From assembly GCA_016906335.1 (NCBI GenBank), contig JADEYG010000007.1, positions 2,601,055-2,621,054 on the forward strand: 20,000 bases of DNA. Direction: 5' to 3'. Under the pieces are notes generated by a model. It had not been told where the DNA came from, did not search any database, and saw nothing but the letters and a program-made list of their open reading frames with translations. The position numbers and the translations under genes are program-made. Below are positions 19,836 to 20,000 of the stretch, in pieces (the stretch's first letter is position 1; each line of letters starts with the position of its first letter). Source of the stretch: Novakomyces olei. Its lineage: Eukaryota.

Positions 19836-20000
19836 GTCAGGGTTAGGGTTAGTCAGGGTTAGTTAGGGTTAGTTAGGTTAGGTTATGTCAGGGTTAGTGT
19901 TAGGGTTAGTTAGGGTTAGTTAGGGTTAGTTAGGGTTAGTCAGGGTTAGTTAGGGTTAGTTAGGGTTAGTTAGGGTTAGTTAGGGTTAGTTAGGGTTAGT
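19836..20000 (+). repeat. Telomeric tract, 10-bp unit TAGGGTTAGT with CAGGGTTAGT and shorter variants
   Basis: 19901-20000 is ten consecutive 10-mers (nine TAGGGTTAGT, one CAGGGTTAGT at 19941). Degenerate units lie proximally, and the G-rich strand runs towards the window end. Confidence 0.95.

Overview
Right-hand chromosome end of an intron-poor fungus (ascomycete-like; introns of 47-64 bp), ending in a telomere with an unusual 10-bp unit (TAGGGTTAGT). From left to right there are four parts. (1) A putative metabolic or detoxification cluster: acetyl-CoA synthetase (3' part outside the window), a Zn2Cys6 transcription factor, and a dienelactone hydrolase divergent from a DHA1-type MFS transporter, with nine CGG-motif repeats in their shared promoter. 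(2) A decayed ORF region. (3) A 6.5-kb block bracketed by 37-bp inverted repeats (33/37 identical), each containing a 19-bp palindrome. It carries an HNH endonuclease gene, an orphan ORF and a FunK1-type kinase with a restriction-endonuclease-like N-terminal region, but no recognisable transposase. This is the best candidate for an undescribed mobile or genetic-conflict module. (4) A head-to-head telomeric junction, a ~1.72-kb tandemly duplicated subtelomeric unit (26-bp inverted repeat plus AT-rich minisatellite), and the telomere. All calls come from manual reading of the sequence; no searches were run.
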